A stretch of 62,839 bases of DNA, filler included, from Sphacelaria rigidula (Eukaryota): assembly GCA_964200075.2 (NCBI GenBank). It is 4 parts of 4 records of this genome, joined end to end, with 100 filler letters (N's around TTAATTAATTAA, not from the genome) between each part and the next. Parts side by side here need not be neighbours in the genome. Positions count along the whole stretch, not along the records: positions 1 to 15,648 come from CAXNAA020001660.1; 3 more parts are not named here. One strand, given 5' to 3'. Position numbers and translations under genes: made by a program. Position 1 is the first letter of the stretch. Every line of letters begins with the position of its first letter. Shown here piece by piece: positions 1 to 11,311 of this stretch. The notes below the pieces were generated by a model that did no database searches, was not told the origin of the DNA, and was given only the letters and a program-made list of their open reading frames with translations.

Positions 1-73
1 TCTAGAATCGTTAGGAGCCCCTGAACCAGACAAAATTTCGCGAAAAAAGTGCACCCCTACCGTAGCATTGCTC
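1..73 (-). mobile_element. Terminal 73 nt of a host MITE (GAGCAATGCTACGGTAGGGG terminus), cut by the contig edge
   Basis: Reverse complement of 1-73 matches 44354-44426 at 66/73 positions. Confidence 0.8.
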
Positions 74-1168
74 TTCTTTGTAAACACAGGGGCAGTCGCC
101 GCCCCGTCCATCGGCACCGTTTCTCCAGAGTCGCTGCTGCTGTTGTCGCTGCTGGTGTCTGCAGTCGTCTTCTCGGTCTTCTTCCCTTCCGACTCCGTCA
201 CCGCCCCTGAGGCCCCAGCGCCCTTCGAAGTTGCAGAGGTGGTCGCTGCTCCGGCCACCGGCACGGTCTTCTCGCAGAAGTGCTGGTTGTCAAATTGTCG
301 AGGGAGGGTTGACTTTTAGCGTGAGGCGAGAGTGGCGAGACGTTGGGCATCTCGTCAATGTGCAAGATATGTTAAATCTTAGCTTAACTTACACGGACGC
401 ACCTTTTGGACCTCGTGGATCCTACGTCTTCTACTGTGCACGCATCAACGATCGGCTACACTCGACCATGCGGAAAACTTCACACGCTCACCTGTCCAGG
501 GGGCGCGGTGGAAGCCGTGCTAGGGCGCGCCGAAGCTTGGGTCGGAGGAGCTGAAGGCAGTGCCATCTTCTGGGATATCTCCTGGTGATGAAATGCCCGC
601 CTAGCAGTAATTGATGGGCCAATGTCAAGGATTACTGATCCCCCAAAGCATTCGACCCTAGAGCGAGGTTGACGTGACATCTGAGCGAGAGAGCGACGAG
701 ACACGGGGCATATCGTCAATAAGTAGGCGACGCTCTAGGTCCGAGTTACCTCCGCGCGCAGCTACTGGCGCACGCTTCGCCGCGACATCGGAGCAAGAGA
801 AGATCAAATCTACCTTCGCACACACAGTTACTGGTGCAACCAGTTTCTAGATCTTAGGTACCTACGCCCGCACAGCTCTTGGCACAAGCTTCACCAACTT
901 ACTCTGCGTCTGGCGATCTTGACGGGGGTTGTATGGGATGACTGTCGTGTGGACGCATCCGTTTTTGGACGGCGGAAACAAGTTGTCAGCGGCAAGTAGC
1001 ATGTGCGAACCGGCACAAATATTTTAGAACCCGCCGCCTGGTACGTGCCTCTCATCCGTGGCACTTAAGAAATAAGCGCGTGGCGCGGTGCCTGTACATA
1101 CCTTTCTGTCACAAGGTTGAAAACCAGGAAGTCTGCAGAAGAAGCAGCACACTGCGGAAGGTGCCCTC

Positions 1169-4117
1169 GTGGGGAAACGTGTGCCACGTTACCCGCCAGC
1201 AAAACCCCCGGAAAACAACCCGGGATCCTCTGTCGACCGCTGGATCTCACCAGAAAAGAATACTGTACCTGAAGTGCGCGAGTACACATATCAAGACGTT
1301 CGGGTTTTGCGCCGGTGGGTAGAAGGGTCGAGAGAGGGATCGTGTTTGTCTGTCTTCGCGGGCGAGATCCACGACTGTTTGTGCCAGCCAGGAATGGGGT
1401 TGGCAATTTGCCAAATCGAGCATATATTTTATGCGTTTCTAAGCAAAGCTCCTTTGTGCAACAATGCCTTCCGATTTTTCTGATACGGAGCTTCTGAAAA
1501 CGTTCAGGAAAATCGGAGAAGCGCACATACAGAGTTTGGTCCTGACGTACTTCAAGACTGAATTGAATGACTACTCCCTCGACATGTCATCGCGTGTTTT
1601 TCCCGTCCCCACCAACGGTGGTGTTATAATTTAAAACCAGCTCGCTGTCAGAACCTGCTTTTTGAACAACTGGCCGGGTATTCAGGACGCATATCCGTGC
1701 CTGAAGGACTTTGGGTACGTGGTGGGTGATGCCGATTATCTCTATACGATGAAGTACCCTTATCAGGACCTCAGGACCTATACAACCCATGTAGCGTAAA
1801 AGGTCGGTGATTTCATCGACTTTATCTTTGAGTTCATCCAGAGCCTATGTATGCCATGCATATTTCAATGGGACATAAGCTGTGCTGTGCTGAGAAAAAA
1901 GATGAAAGAGGCCTTGGAGAAATGCAGCACAAACGAATGTTCGGAGACAAGACGGCTTCTCCTAAATTTTGTCATACACAACATGCGGAAGCCGGACCCT
2001 TCGTCTTCAATGCAGTCAGGATTAGTTTCGCCTTTTATACCAGAAGCCGTCAGAGAAACAGCCATGGAAAAAATGCCGTCAACGTGGGATATCAGAAATC
2101 CGTTCTACGCTCAAGTCGAACCGTGGTACAAATCCTTACCCGAAGACGAGCGTAAGCCAGTCGAGATACAAAGATACTTCCCGGAGTATGCTCTATTCCA
2201 GCATGCCGTCAATCATATGATAGCACTTGCAAACGATGACCGATTACCAAGTAGTTTCACTGCCAATGGTTTCATAAGCCATGCTCTACGTGCCATGAAC
2301 GACTACATCTTCGAAATCGACGAGGATGAAGACGGGAATTTATATTTGGTAAACGTGTACTACATGGGGGCGAAAGTAGACATTTCATCTGAACAGGAAC
2401 AAGGTTTCAACGGGGAACTGAACAAGGTCAGGGACGCCATCCGAAACGACAGAAATCTGGCTCTGCTATACGAGCTCCTAAAAAACTACTCGGAGACCGC
2501 TGTCCCTTTCGACTGTGCGGTGAAAGGTGGCTTCGACGATAACGGAGACTGGCACACGAATTTTATGGTGTACGTTGTGCGCGGAGAATTGCGAGCCAAA
2601 GTGATTCAGGATGTCGTGGATGACAACAGAGGTAAATCAGATATAACCACCGTGATGAAAGATGCCAGCGTGAGTTATAGACACGAACAAAAACCAGGAG
2701 ACAGTGCAGCAGAGAGCGCACGGAGGACCAAGATCGTGGATGGGTCACCTATCGATCTTAAAAACCAATTGCCAAATCAAGTAATCGCGGACGCGGCGGT
2801 CTTGAAGGGCGTTTTTTTGGCGACAGCGATACAGATTTTCTCAACGAAGATTTGTTTGTGGCCGCCCTGATCTTCCTTGATAGAGACATGCTGTTGGAAC
2901 GCCCACACCTTCTGTCGGGAATGCTCGATGTCACAAAGGGTTGTTCGCATCTACGCGACGACTTGATCAATATTAAAAACAACACTGACCCATTGAAACA
3001 AAATGTGGACCGGTTGAAAAGAGTCCATGAAGAGGTCCGCCGAGCTTTACAACAAGAATGTGGAACGAACGATCCTGGACAATGTGTCGCATTGATGCCG
3101 AGTAAAACCGAGTCTGTGCGGCTGGAGATTGCGAGGCTTGTTCACGAACACATCGCCTCATTCACACCGGAAATTTTGGACCATAAACTCCTTGAAGAAA
3201 ACATCGGATGGCAAGAGTTTATGTTTTACCGCGACGCCGTGAAGAACGCAGAGGCAGCTGGGAGGACGCCTACACGCGAAGATCGAGAGCGAGTAGAAAT
3301 AGCGAATGCCGCTGAGAAGAAAGCTATTCTGAACAGGGAAAAGGGGTCTTGGCATCGCTGGACATGGGGAGCGATGATGAGAAAATTGTTTCATGGGCAG
3401 CTAGAAACAGTCCCGCGTCACAAACCGTGGTTGGTCAAAACCTATCTCGACATTCAATTGACTTTGCCGGATGACAGGGCTAAAGGGTTGTTCCTGGACT
3501 TCTTGTTGAAAGATCTTTACGATCCGCTTGTCAAAGAAGTACTTACAAGGAGCTTCAGTGCGACAAAAGACTTGGCGACTGATATAAGTTTTGTTTTTCA
3601 CAGCTCCAGTTTGAAACTACCAAAAACCCCAACGAAACAATACTTTAAAGAAGCCGAAGGATTCCTGTTTTTTTACGTAGCTCTATGGGTATTTCGGGGC
3701 CTATCATACTGGTGGTACCCCAACAGTCGCAAAGGCGACGACGGAACCAGGGTACACATCCCCGAGAACGTTAGATGGAAAAGGAATGTGGCGTTGGGTC
3801 AACACATAGTGGTTGCCACGGCGGGGTACACGACTGAACACTTGGATTTAACCTTAGCCCGTTTAGTCATCTTTGTAGCAAGTGTGTACGGTTTGGGTGC
3901 GGTGGGTAAAGTCGGTTCGAATATAAGTGAAAGAATGCGAGGGCAACCAATAGTGGACCCTGATATAGTAGATGTCGCGAATAGATTGCCCGGTGCAGGT
4001 GGGAATGGTGGGCGTGGGCGTGGGCGTGGGCGTGGGCGCGGGCGTGGGACCGTGCCGGGAGCAAGAGGGTTGAACGCTATATTGCCAGACCGTACTTTAC
4101 GGAGTGGTATGAATTAG
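1169..4117 (+). pseudogene. Large (~1000 codon) virus-like hypothetical gene with C-terminal hydrophobic segments and RG-repeat tail; disrupted
   Basis: ORFs 1169-1483, 1851-2870 and 2852-4117 join into one frame path via a frameshift in T5 at 1475-1479, in-frame TAA at 1632 and 1797, and a frameshift in T7 at 2812-2818. (GGGCGT)n near 4010-4048 encodes GRGRGRGRGRG. Confidence 0.65.
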
Positions 4118-5622
4118 CGATTGTTCCGGACGAGCCAAGTATGTATACCTCGAATCATGCCAATATCTCCAATTTCGTCATTCTTCAATAGTGAATTCAG
4201 TATTCCTATCAACGTGAGGTATTTCGTATCAGTAAATAATTTCCAAGGTTTAGGATACCTCTTGTGTATATACTCCACCATTTCTTCGCGGGTCAGCTGT
4301 GCTTCCCCATTGTATTCGGCTTTTCCTGCAATGTATTGGAAATCCAACACGGCCTCGCCGAGATAGGCTTCGTCGGTTTGAATTGTCAGTCTTGGATCTG
4401 CATCGACAAAAGTTTGAATTGTCAGGCTTGAATCTGCACGGACAAACATGGACAATACATCATGGGTTTCCATCTTATAGACTGCTTCGTTAAACATTCC
4501 TGGTCGACCGTCCACGAGTGTGCGGGGGGTGTCATGAAAAGCACCGGTGCTATGGTCACCACCGGTCCCCATCTTCTCCACAACCGCGTCCGCAAGAGCC
4601 GCCTTGAAAGCTTCGGTTCTAGTGTCACCGGCAGCCCCCATCTTCTCCACTACTGCATCCGCAAGAGCCCGCTTGTCATCGCCGGAAATACTCCCTCGAT
4701 CACCGAAAAAGGCACCAAGGGCGGCCTTTAAAGCTTCAGCGATGGTATCAGGGTCGTTGGCATCCCTCATCTCCTCTACAACTGCGTCCACAATAGCTTT
4801 CGAACTCTCCCGATCATCGAAGAAGGCACGAAGGGCGGTTTTGAAAGCTTCAGTGCCGGGGTTGTTGGCAGCCTCCAGCTTGGCTGCAACTGCGTCCGCA
4901 ACAGCCACCCTGAAATCGTTGGCGTTAAGATCATCAGTGGACCCCATCTTCGCCACAACTGCGTCCGCAAGAGCCCCCCTGTCGGCCTCGGACAAGCTCT
5001 CCCGACCGTCGAAAAATTCACGGAGGACTGTGGTTAAAGCTTCAGGGCTGGACGTGGTGGCAGTCTTCGTGAACTCTTCGATTGCCTTCTCGAGAGAGTC
5101 TTGTTTTTCTCCAAAAGCGTCTGTCCATGCATAAGAAATATGTCGGTCAGCTTCCGCCAAATTTGCTTCCGACTCAAGTTTGGTGTGAATGGCGCTTATG
5201 TCCCGAGTCATTTGAGGCAGGCCAGCTTCCTGTAGCACTCGTGCCTTCTCTCTAACAAGACTGGCCAAGACTTCCTTCACATCGTCAGTGAACAAAACGG
5301 ATTCACCGTCGCAAGCCACAGGATCGGCGCACTGCCTGGGATTCGCTGCAACATGATCCTTCAAACCATCGACGATTGATTTCTTGAGCTCGGTCAAGTC
5401 GCCTCCGGATAGCTTTGCATTACCCGCCTGGATTAATGAGCCAAGCTTTGTGTTGATGCCTTGTATGGCTTTCACGACATCCACATTCAGTGACTTTATC
5501 GTTTTCAACTCCTTTTCGATGTCGCTAATTTTTTCATGCGAATTGCTGCTTCCTAGGGTTGAGTAGATGGACAGCAACCTGTACCAATTCAAACCGAGGG
5601 GGTGACCGCCGTAGACATTCAT
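4114..5622 (-). CDS. 502-aa hypothetical protein with coiled-coil N-terminus and internal helical repeats
   Basis: Intact ORF. Recurrent motifs EAFKxALxxFFxDR and (A/I)(L/V)ADAVVxKM. Stop overlaps the stop of the convergent gene. Confidence 0.8.
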   Translation of the reverse strand: MNVYGGHPLGLNWYRLLSIYSTLGSSNSHEKISDIEKELKTIKSLNVDVVKAIQGINTKLGSLIQAGNAKLSGGDLTELKKSIVDGLKDHVAANPRQCADPVACDGESVLFTDDVKEVLASLVREKARVLQEAGLPQMTRDISAIHTKLESEANLAEADRHISYAWTDAFGEKQDSLEKAIEEFTKTATTSSPEALTTVLREFFDGRESLSEADRGALADAVVAKMGSTDDLNANDFRVAVADAVAAKLEAANNPGTEAFKTALRAFFDDRESSKAIVDAVVEEMRDANDPDTIAEALKAALGAFFGDRGSISGDDKRALADAVVEKMGAAGDTRTEAFKAALADAVVEKMGTGGDHSTGAFHDTPRTLVDGRPGMFNEAVYKMETHDVLSMFVRADSSLTIQTFVDADPRLTIQTDEAYLGEAVLDFQYIAGKAEYNGEAQLTREEMVEYIHKRYPKPWKLFTDTKYLTLIGILNSLLKNDEIGDIGMIRGIHTWLVRNNR

Positions 5623-5688
5623 GGCTTCGATCGCACCTATCTTTTAACACAATGATTATATTCACTACACACGCCATGTCGTTGAACG

Positions 5689-6669
5689 TCACCTAATGTA
5701 TTTGTTCATGTACATGGTCGTGTGGGACTTGTACTTTGCGGCCACCACTGCAAACGAATCTATCCTGTACTTCAAATCTGACGACAATGCCAATTTGCGG
5801 ATGTATCTCGCTAGATCGCCACGGTTTTCGTCGTGCAATGTCTCGCGGAAGCGGGGGTCGAGGGTGCGCATGAGCGATCCAACCTCGATGCTCGTGAATG
5901 CATTCCCAATGTGTGATCGGCCGAAATCTATCGGCATCAGCTTCATGTATCGCTTCGACGCATCGGTGTACACGTAGCCGATGTTGTTCAAATGCAGGTC
6001 GCCGTGCGTCAGCTTGTGCTTTTTGAAAGCCACCATGAGCTTTACGATTTCGAACGCCGTTTTCTCGAGCTGTTGTTTCGATTTCTCACGCCTTAGCCAC
6101 TGGCCTAGCACTCCCGCGATCTCCTCCATGATTATCACATGAACAAGGTTCCCCGTGGGGCTCTCGTCTTCCGTCTGGAAAGAAACAGTTTTGTCTTGCA
6201 CGGCGTTGTTCAGCCTTTCGTGTGCTCCGATGCCGAGACGGGTCTTGGGCTTAAAGCTACAATATCTTAGAATTTTGGGAGCCAGACCTTTTCTCTGGAA
6301 GGCCCTCTGTGCTTTGAGCTCATTTTTCATCATTTTGGCATCACCAGTTTGTACTTTTACTGCTGCGCTAGTGCTATCAACATTCACCGCGCGAAAAACA
6401 TGACCACTTAAACCCGCCGAGATAAATTTGGTTACTGTCCAGCCGCGCATGCAAGAACAAGAGAGCATGTTCGTCAACGTCTCGCATAGCCGATTGGGGT
6501 GTGAGGCCGTTGCCACGTCCCCAGGCTCAAGATCGCGACCGAGACCAACCTTCAGAATGAGGCGACGAGCCTCAATTTGCGACAGGTCGCACTACACCTT
6601 GGGTGGCTTGGGCATGGGGGAGGCTTTTTTCTTACACACTTTCTTACGTTGCTTGGTCACTTTCGCCAT
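5689..6669 (-). pseudogene. Atypical viral Ser/Thr-type protein kinase, copy 2, premature stop at codon 26
   Basis: ATG 6669 reads MAKVTKQRKK...PKV*CDLSQIEARRLIL; TAG at 6592-6594 sits where the paralog has W (IWCNLTQLQARRLIL). Motifs AGLSGHV, AVK, HGDLHLNN and IDFG are intact. Confidence 0.85.
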
Positions 6670-6729
6670 TTGTAACAGACAAATATTTTTTCAAGTTTAA
6701 CGGGTCTGATGTCAAACAACATGACATCA

Positions 6730-7800
6730 TTACCAAAATCCGTATTTTTCCATATACTTCACCTGTTGCTTGTCGTAATTTGCCTCTGCCTCTCTCAGAC
6801 TTTTGGGGAAAGAGATGCCGAATTTAATCTTGGCGAGAGCGCGGATGAGGTTGGCCACGACTCTTCGATTGAAATCGGGCATGGGCTTCTCGTGAAACTC
6901 CTTGTTGAGGATGCGCAAGAGCGCGCCGAGCTCGAATTCTGTGTGCGCCTTTCCCACGAATGACCTCCCGAAATCAATCGGCATGAGCTTCATGTACCTC
7001 TTTGATTCGTCGGTGTAGACGTACCCGAGGTTCCACAGGTGCAGATCGCCATGTGTGAGCTTGTGCTTTTTCAGGGACTCCATGAGTTCGAAAATACCAA
7101 GTGTAAGTTGTCCGAGCTGCTCTTTGGACTTTAGCGGGTGAAGCCAGTCACCGATGACACCCGCAATCTCCTTCATAACGATTATGTGGACCAAGTGACC
7201 TTTGGCGTGCGCTTTTATGTCGGTCCTATCATCGTTCACGAGGTCGTTTAGTCGGTTGTGTGCCGAGCGACTGAGCCGTTTTTGGGGCTTGAAACTGCAG
7301 TAGCCCAGAATCTTGGGGGCGAGACCATTCTCGCAGAAACGTTTCTGTGTTTTGACCTCGTGCCTGATTTCCTTCGCGGAACCTACTTGAACTTTCATCA
7401 CGGCTTTTGTGCCATCGTTTTTGACAGCGCGGAAGACGTGACCGTAAGCCCCCGCGGCCAAAAACTTTGTCACTTTCCAGCCCTTCGTACAGGATGTTTT
7501 TAGCATATTCGTTAGAGTGTCACACAGCTTGTTCGGGTTCCGAGCAGTTGGCAGGTCGCGAGCCACGAGATCGCGACCGAGGCCGACTGTGAGAATAAGA
7601 CGGCGAGCCTGCAGTTGGGTCAGATTGCACCAAATTCCGGGGCTATGTTTGGGGCGCGTTATTACTTTCGTCTTCCTAGTGATTTTGCGGGCGGGTGCCG
7701 ACCCCTTCTTTATGCACCGATTGGTGACAGGGTTTCTTGTGAAGCCAGCAGGGCACGGTTTCAGAGGACGACCCGTTGTCTTAGAATACTCGGTCTCCAT
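6730..7800 (-). CDS. Atypical viral protein kinase with N-terminal CPxGxxRNPxTxRC module
   Basis: Intact 356 aa. G-loop AGAYGHV, AVMK lysine, HGDLHLWN catalytic loop, IDFG. N-terminal CPAGFTRNPVTNRC resembles NCLDV 2-cysteine-adaptor-like motifs. Confidence 0.88.
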   Translation of the reverse strand: METEYSKTTGRPLKPCPAGFTRNPVTNRCIKKGSAPARKITRKTKVITRPKHSPGIWCNLTQLQARRLILTVGLGRDLVARDLPTARNPNKLCDTLTNMLKTSCTKGWKVTKFLAAGAYGHVFRAVKNDGTKAVMKVQVGSAKEIRHEVKTQKRFCENGLAPKILGYCSFKPQKRLSRSAHNRLNDLVNDDRTDIKAHAKGHLVHIIVMKEIAGVIGDWLHPLKSKEQLGQLTLGIFELMESLKKHKLTHGDLHLWNLGYVYTDESKRYMKLMPIDFGRSFVGKAHTEFELGALLRILNKEFHEKPMPDFNRRVVANLIRALAKIKFGISFPKSLREAEANYDKQQVKYMEKYGFW

Positions 7801-7893
7801 GCTTTACCTAAACATAAAGATTAATTCCTATGTTTTTGGTTAATCGTGCTACCAAAGAATACGCGTCGCGGCATGCCCTTGACAGATCACAGA

Positions 7894-9417
7894 CTATACA
7901 TCCATACTTGTCGTCCTACGGCGCCTTTTCCTCGTGTCCTCGACGAAGTCAGAGCCATCCAAGGCCCCGTATCCATAAAGGGCGGCGTGCTCTTTTAAAA
8001 ACGTTTGACCCCTGTCTCGACCGGCCCTCGTTAATGTTGGAAGCTGGAAGTTCCGTCGTTCGGCCTCATAATTAACAGGAATGGTTTCGTTGTGCTTGCA
8101 GGATACCAAGAACCTGAGCATGTTAACAAATTTGCTCAGGAATAGAAGACTATTCCAGCGATTCTTCTCCACAAACGTTGCAATGTGACCGACCGTCTCC
8201 GTGTAAGCCGGCTGGTCCCTGGCTTCTGCCGACGCGACAATGAAAATGCTCTCGATGTACCCTGCAATATCCTCGTGCACACGATCCATGTCTGTGGCAG
8301 GCCTCGTACCGTTCGTGTCCAACTGTTTTTCGATATAATGCATAACGAGGCGTAGCTTCCACATGATCTCCGCGTGCCAGTCCGAGTTAAAGCGCGTGCT
8401 GGTACTAAACCTTGTTACCTGTTGATCCGCCTTCTCTGGTATTATGTCGTACACGATCGAGAGTATTGTTTTCCAACCCTCGAGTCTATCTCCGTGCAAG
8501 TCCATAAAGTTAACTAAAGCTTGCGTGGCGTGTAGTTCTCCGCCCAGGTTATTGGTTGTCAGAACATTGGTAACCAGTTCCAACAAGGCGGCCTCGGTTC
8601 TTTTGGGTTTCGCTCCGCTAGGAATTCGCCCATGGCTCTCTGAACTCTTTTCATGTACACGTTGGACCACAGAACACAGGCGCCTCCACCAGAACCAACT
8701 ACACTTCTCGTGTCACAATCGATACCATCGTCTGTCTGTGGTCCACGTGGTGGCATAGACCTGAACGGGTGGATGACCACAAGGTGCTCGGCGTCTGTCA
8801 TGAGCTTTAAGAGCTGTAGAGTCTTCATTACGTGGCCGTCCGGCAAAGGAGGGTTAAGTGGACTACCATCGACCGCCCACGTATCTAATTTGTGGCATAT
8901 GACGTCGGCCCTTATATCTTCTGCAAATCCTCTACTCCTCGATTTACCCAACATACTCCCAATTCTGTCCCCCAGAACTCTGATTTTCACATGTTCGGGA
9001 AGAGGGCTACCGCTAACATCCGCGTTCTTTTTGACATCTTCAATTTCGCTCTCGTTGACTTTCTTCCAGACATCATCACACCCCTCAGGAAGAGGGAGGG
9101 GATCATCTTTTTATTTTGTGCCATCTGTGCCAGTCTTCGTCAGCTCCCCACGGGTTCATCCACCAAACATATCTCTTGCCATTATTGACAACTGATGATA
9201 TTATACACGCGTGACCAGCCAAGGCTCCCGCGGAGAAACTTTCAACGCCTTTTTCCTCAGGACCCGGTGGTTCTATATAATCCAGGAATTTTGTGAAAAT
9301 CTTGCTCGGCCCCACGGATGCCACCTCGATTCTGTCTTCTTTTCCGCTCAACATAAAACCTAAATTGACGGACAGTGCATGGTTTACGCAAAGGTCTGCT
9401 TTGTTGAGATGACTCAT
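7894..9417 (-). pseudogene. Putative CE-clan (Ulp1/adenain-like) cysteine protease, split by two frameshifts
   Basis: ORFs 9103-9417, 8559-8990 (frame open upstream to ~9110) and 7894-8670 join through single-base indels in runs at 9108-9112 and 8601-8604. Motif order GHA...NPWG...GPQ...GACVLWS. Confidence 0.6.
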
Positions 9418-9558
9418 TCTTCAACTTGTTTTAATTAAGAAAATATTACATCCTGCAAATAAGTCACCAATCGCCACCAACCACGAACGCCACAATCAGC
9501 GAGGCATTACACAATTCGGAAAACTCTGCAAGAACGAATCTGCATCATAAATTCTTGC

Positions 9559-10869
9559 CTACAAATACCTCACAATCTTACGGAACACGTCATCCGAAGC
9601 CTCACGCAATATAACCCCGCACTCGTCGACATGAGTGCCGCGCAGCCGCCTGCTACGGCGAAATCTGCTGACCGACGACGTCGAAACACTCGACGTGTAG
9701 CGCGCGCGACACAACACGATGCAGCTCCTCCTCCTCGACGCCCTCTCCGCCGGAGCCCCGGTGAGCAGCTCCTTCGCGCGCTCGACATCGTTGGCGGAAG
9801 CCATCGCCACCCTCCTGCCCACCACGCCGAGAGGTGTCAAGCCGCCGCCGTTGGTGACGAAGGTCTCGTCGGCCCCGTGCCACAGGAGCGCCCTGACGGC
9901 GTCGGTTCTGAGGTGGAGGGCAGCAGAATGTAGCGGAGTGCACCCGTTCCGCTTCCGAGCATCGACGTCCGCGCCGGCACGAAAGAGAATACGAAGGATG
10001 TCGGGGCAAGCCGGAGCGACTCCGGCGGCAAGATGGAGGGGCGTAGTGTTCCGGTCGTCCAGCGCCCTGACGTCGGTTCCGTGCTTGATGAGAGCCCTGA
10101 GCATTCCCGCGCGGATGTCCCCGTGCTGACACGCGGTGTGCACAGCAGTTCTCCCTTCCACGCCGCACGGCACGTTAGGGTCGGCGCCGGCCCGCAGCAA
10201 GACCTGTACCGTGCGGATGTCTCCGCCGATGACGACGGCGTTGTAAAGCGGGGTTGGCTCGCTGGAGCTGCGCTGAACATTCACGTTCGCCCCCTTGTCG
10301 AGAAGCATCGAGCAGATTCTTGCCAGCCCCCGCCTAGCGGCGATGAGCAGGGGATTTTCCTGCTGGAACACGAACGAGTCGATGGCCGCCGTCGCTCCCG
10401 GCTGATCGAGCAGGTCCCCGAGGATCTCTTCGGTGGCATCGCCAGCGTCCCTGACCGCGACAACCAGGGCCCTCCCCAGCTTCTCTCCAGCACCCGCGTC
10501 CAGCAGTGCCCTCACGACGCCTTTCTGTCCCGATCCAACCGCCAGGCACAGCGCGTGTATCCCCACCCCTTTATGGAGGTATTTGTGTCGTGTCCGCGAG
10601 TGTCGTGTCCGCGAGAGGAGCTCCAGCAGCGTGTCTCACCTGCGGCTCGTCGCCGCGGCACTGAACGATCTGTGCGTCACCCTCGCGCGGGCAAGCACGA
10701 GCTTCGTGACGAGCACCGTGTTACCGACGCCACAGGCGCGCTCAAGAGGACCTTCCAGCGCCTGCGCCCACGCGATTTTGGTCTGGCACCCATCGGCAAT
10801 CATTTCCAGTACCGCCTCTCCCTCGCCCGCCAGAGTTTTGAGCCCCTTCTTGACAACGACTCTGTCCAT
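9559..10869 (-). pseudogene. Ankyrin-repeat protein of brown-algal/phaeoviral type with one in-frame stop
   Basis: Ankyrin repeats (NPLLIAARRG, TPLYNAV, TAVHTAC, TPLHLAA, TPLHSAA). TGA at 10636-10638 separates two in-frame ORFs. 15-nt tandem duplication at 10585-10614. C-terminal DDVFRKIVRYL. Confidence 0.85.
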
Positions 10870-11250
10870 CTGTGCACGGGGGCGGAAAATTAGAAGCCAC
10901 AACGCGAATTTTTGGTCAAATATTCTCAGCGAACACAGCTGTGTGTATATGTGTGCTGGCTGCTGTCGGCTGCTGCTGCTGGCTGCTGCTGCTGTTACAT
11001 CAATCATATACTTACACGCCGCCGGTAGCAGAGAGCTACTCGCGGTGGTGCTCTATCACGCAACATTGTCCTCCATGCTGCGATGTTCGCGAAAATGGGG
11101 GGGTGTCTCACGTATACACCAACGCGTGCTGTGCTTCCGTCACACACACTTCGCATCACAGAGAAACAGAATAGTGTAGTGAATGAGTGACGACTCGTAG
11201 TGTGACTTCAAACATGTCACGAGCGTGGTGACAAAGAAACAGCAGACCAG

Positions 11251-11311
11251 CGACAGCAAGCGACAACAAGCGAGAGCGAGCGACAGCAAGCAAGAGCGCG
11301 AGAAAGCAAGA
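11251..11311 (+). repeat. Degenerate 10-bp tandem repeat (CGACAGCAAG-like)
   Basis: cgacagcaag cgacaacaag cgagagcgag cgacagcaag caagagcgcg... Confidence 0.6.

Noticed and set aside
9103..9417. Papain/calpain/Josephin protease from LCVNHAL, GHA and NPWG
   Set aside because: The downstream GPQ..GACVLWS motif fits the CE-clan order better. Not fully excluded.
10033..10893. Long antisense ORFs over the ankyrin gene (also 4547-5134 and 37775-38728)
   Set aside because: Shadow frames of GC-rich coding sequence on the opposite strand.
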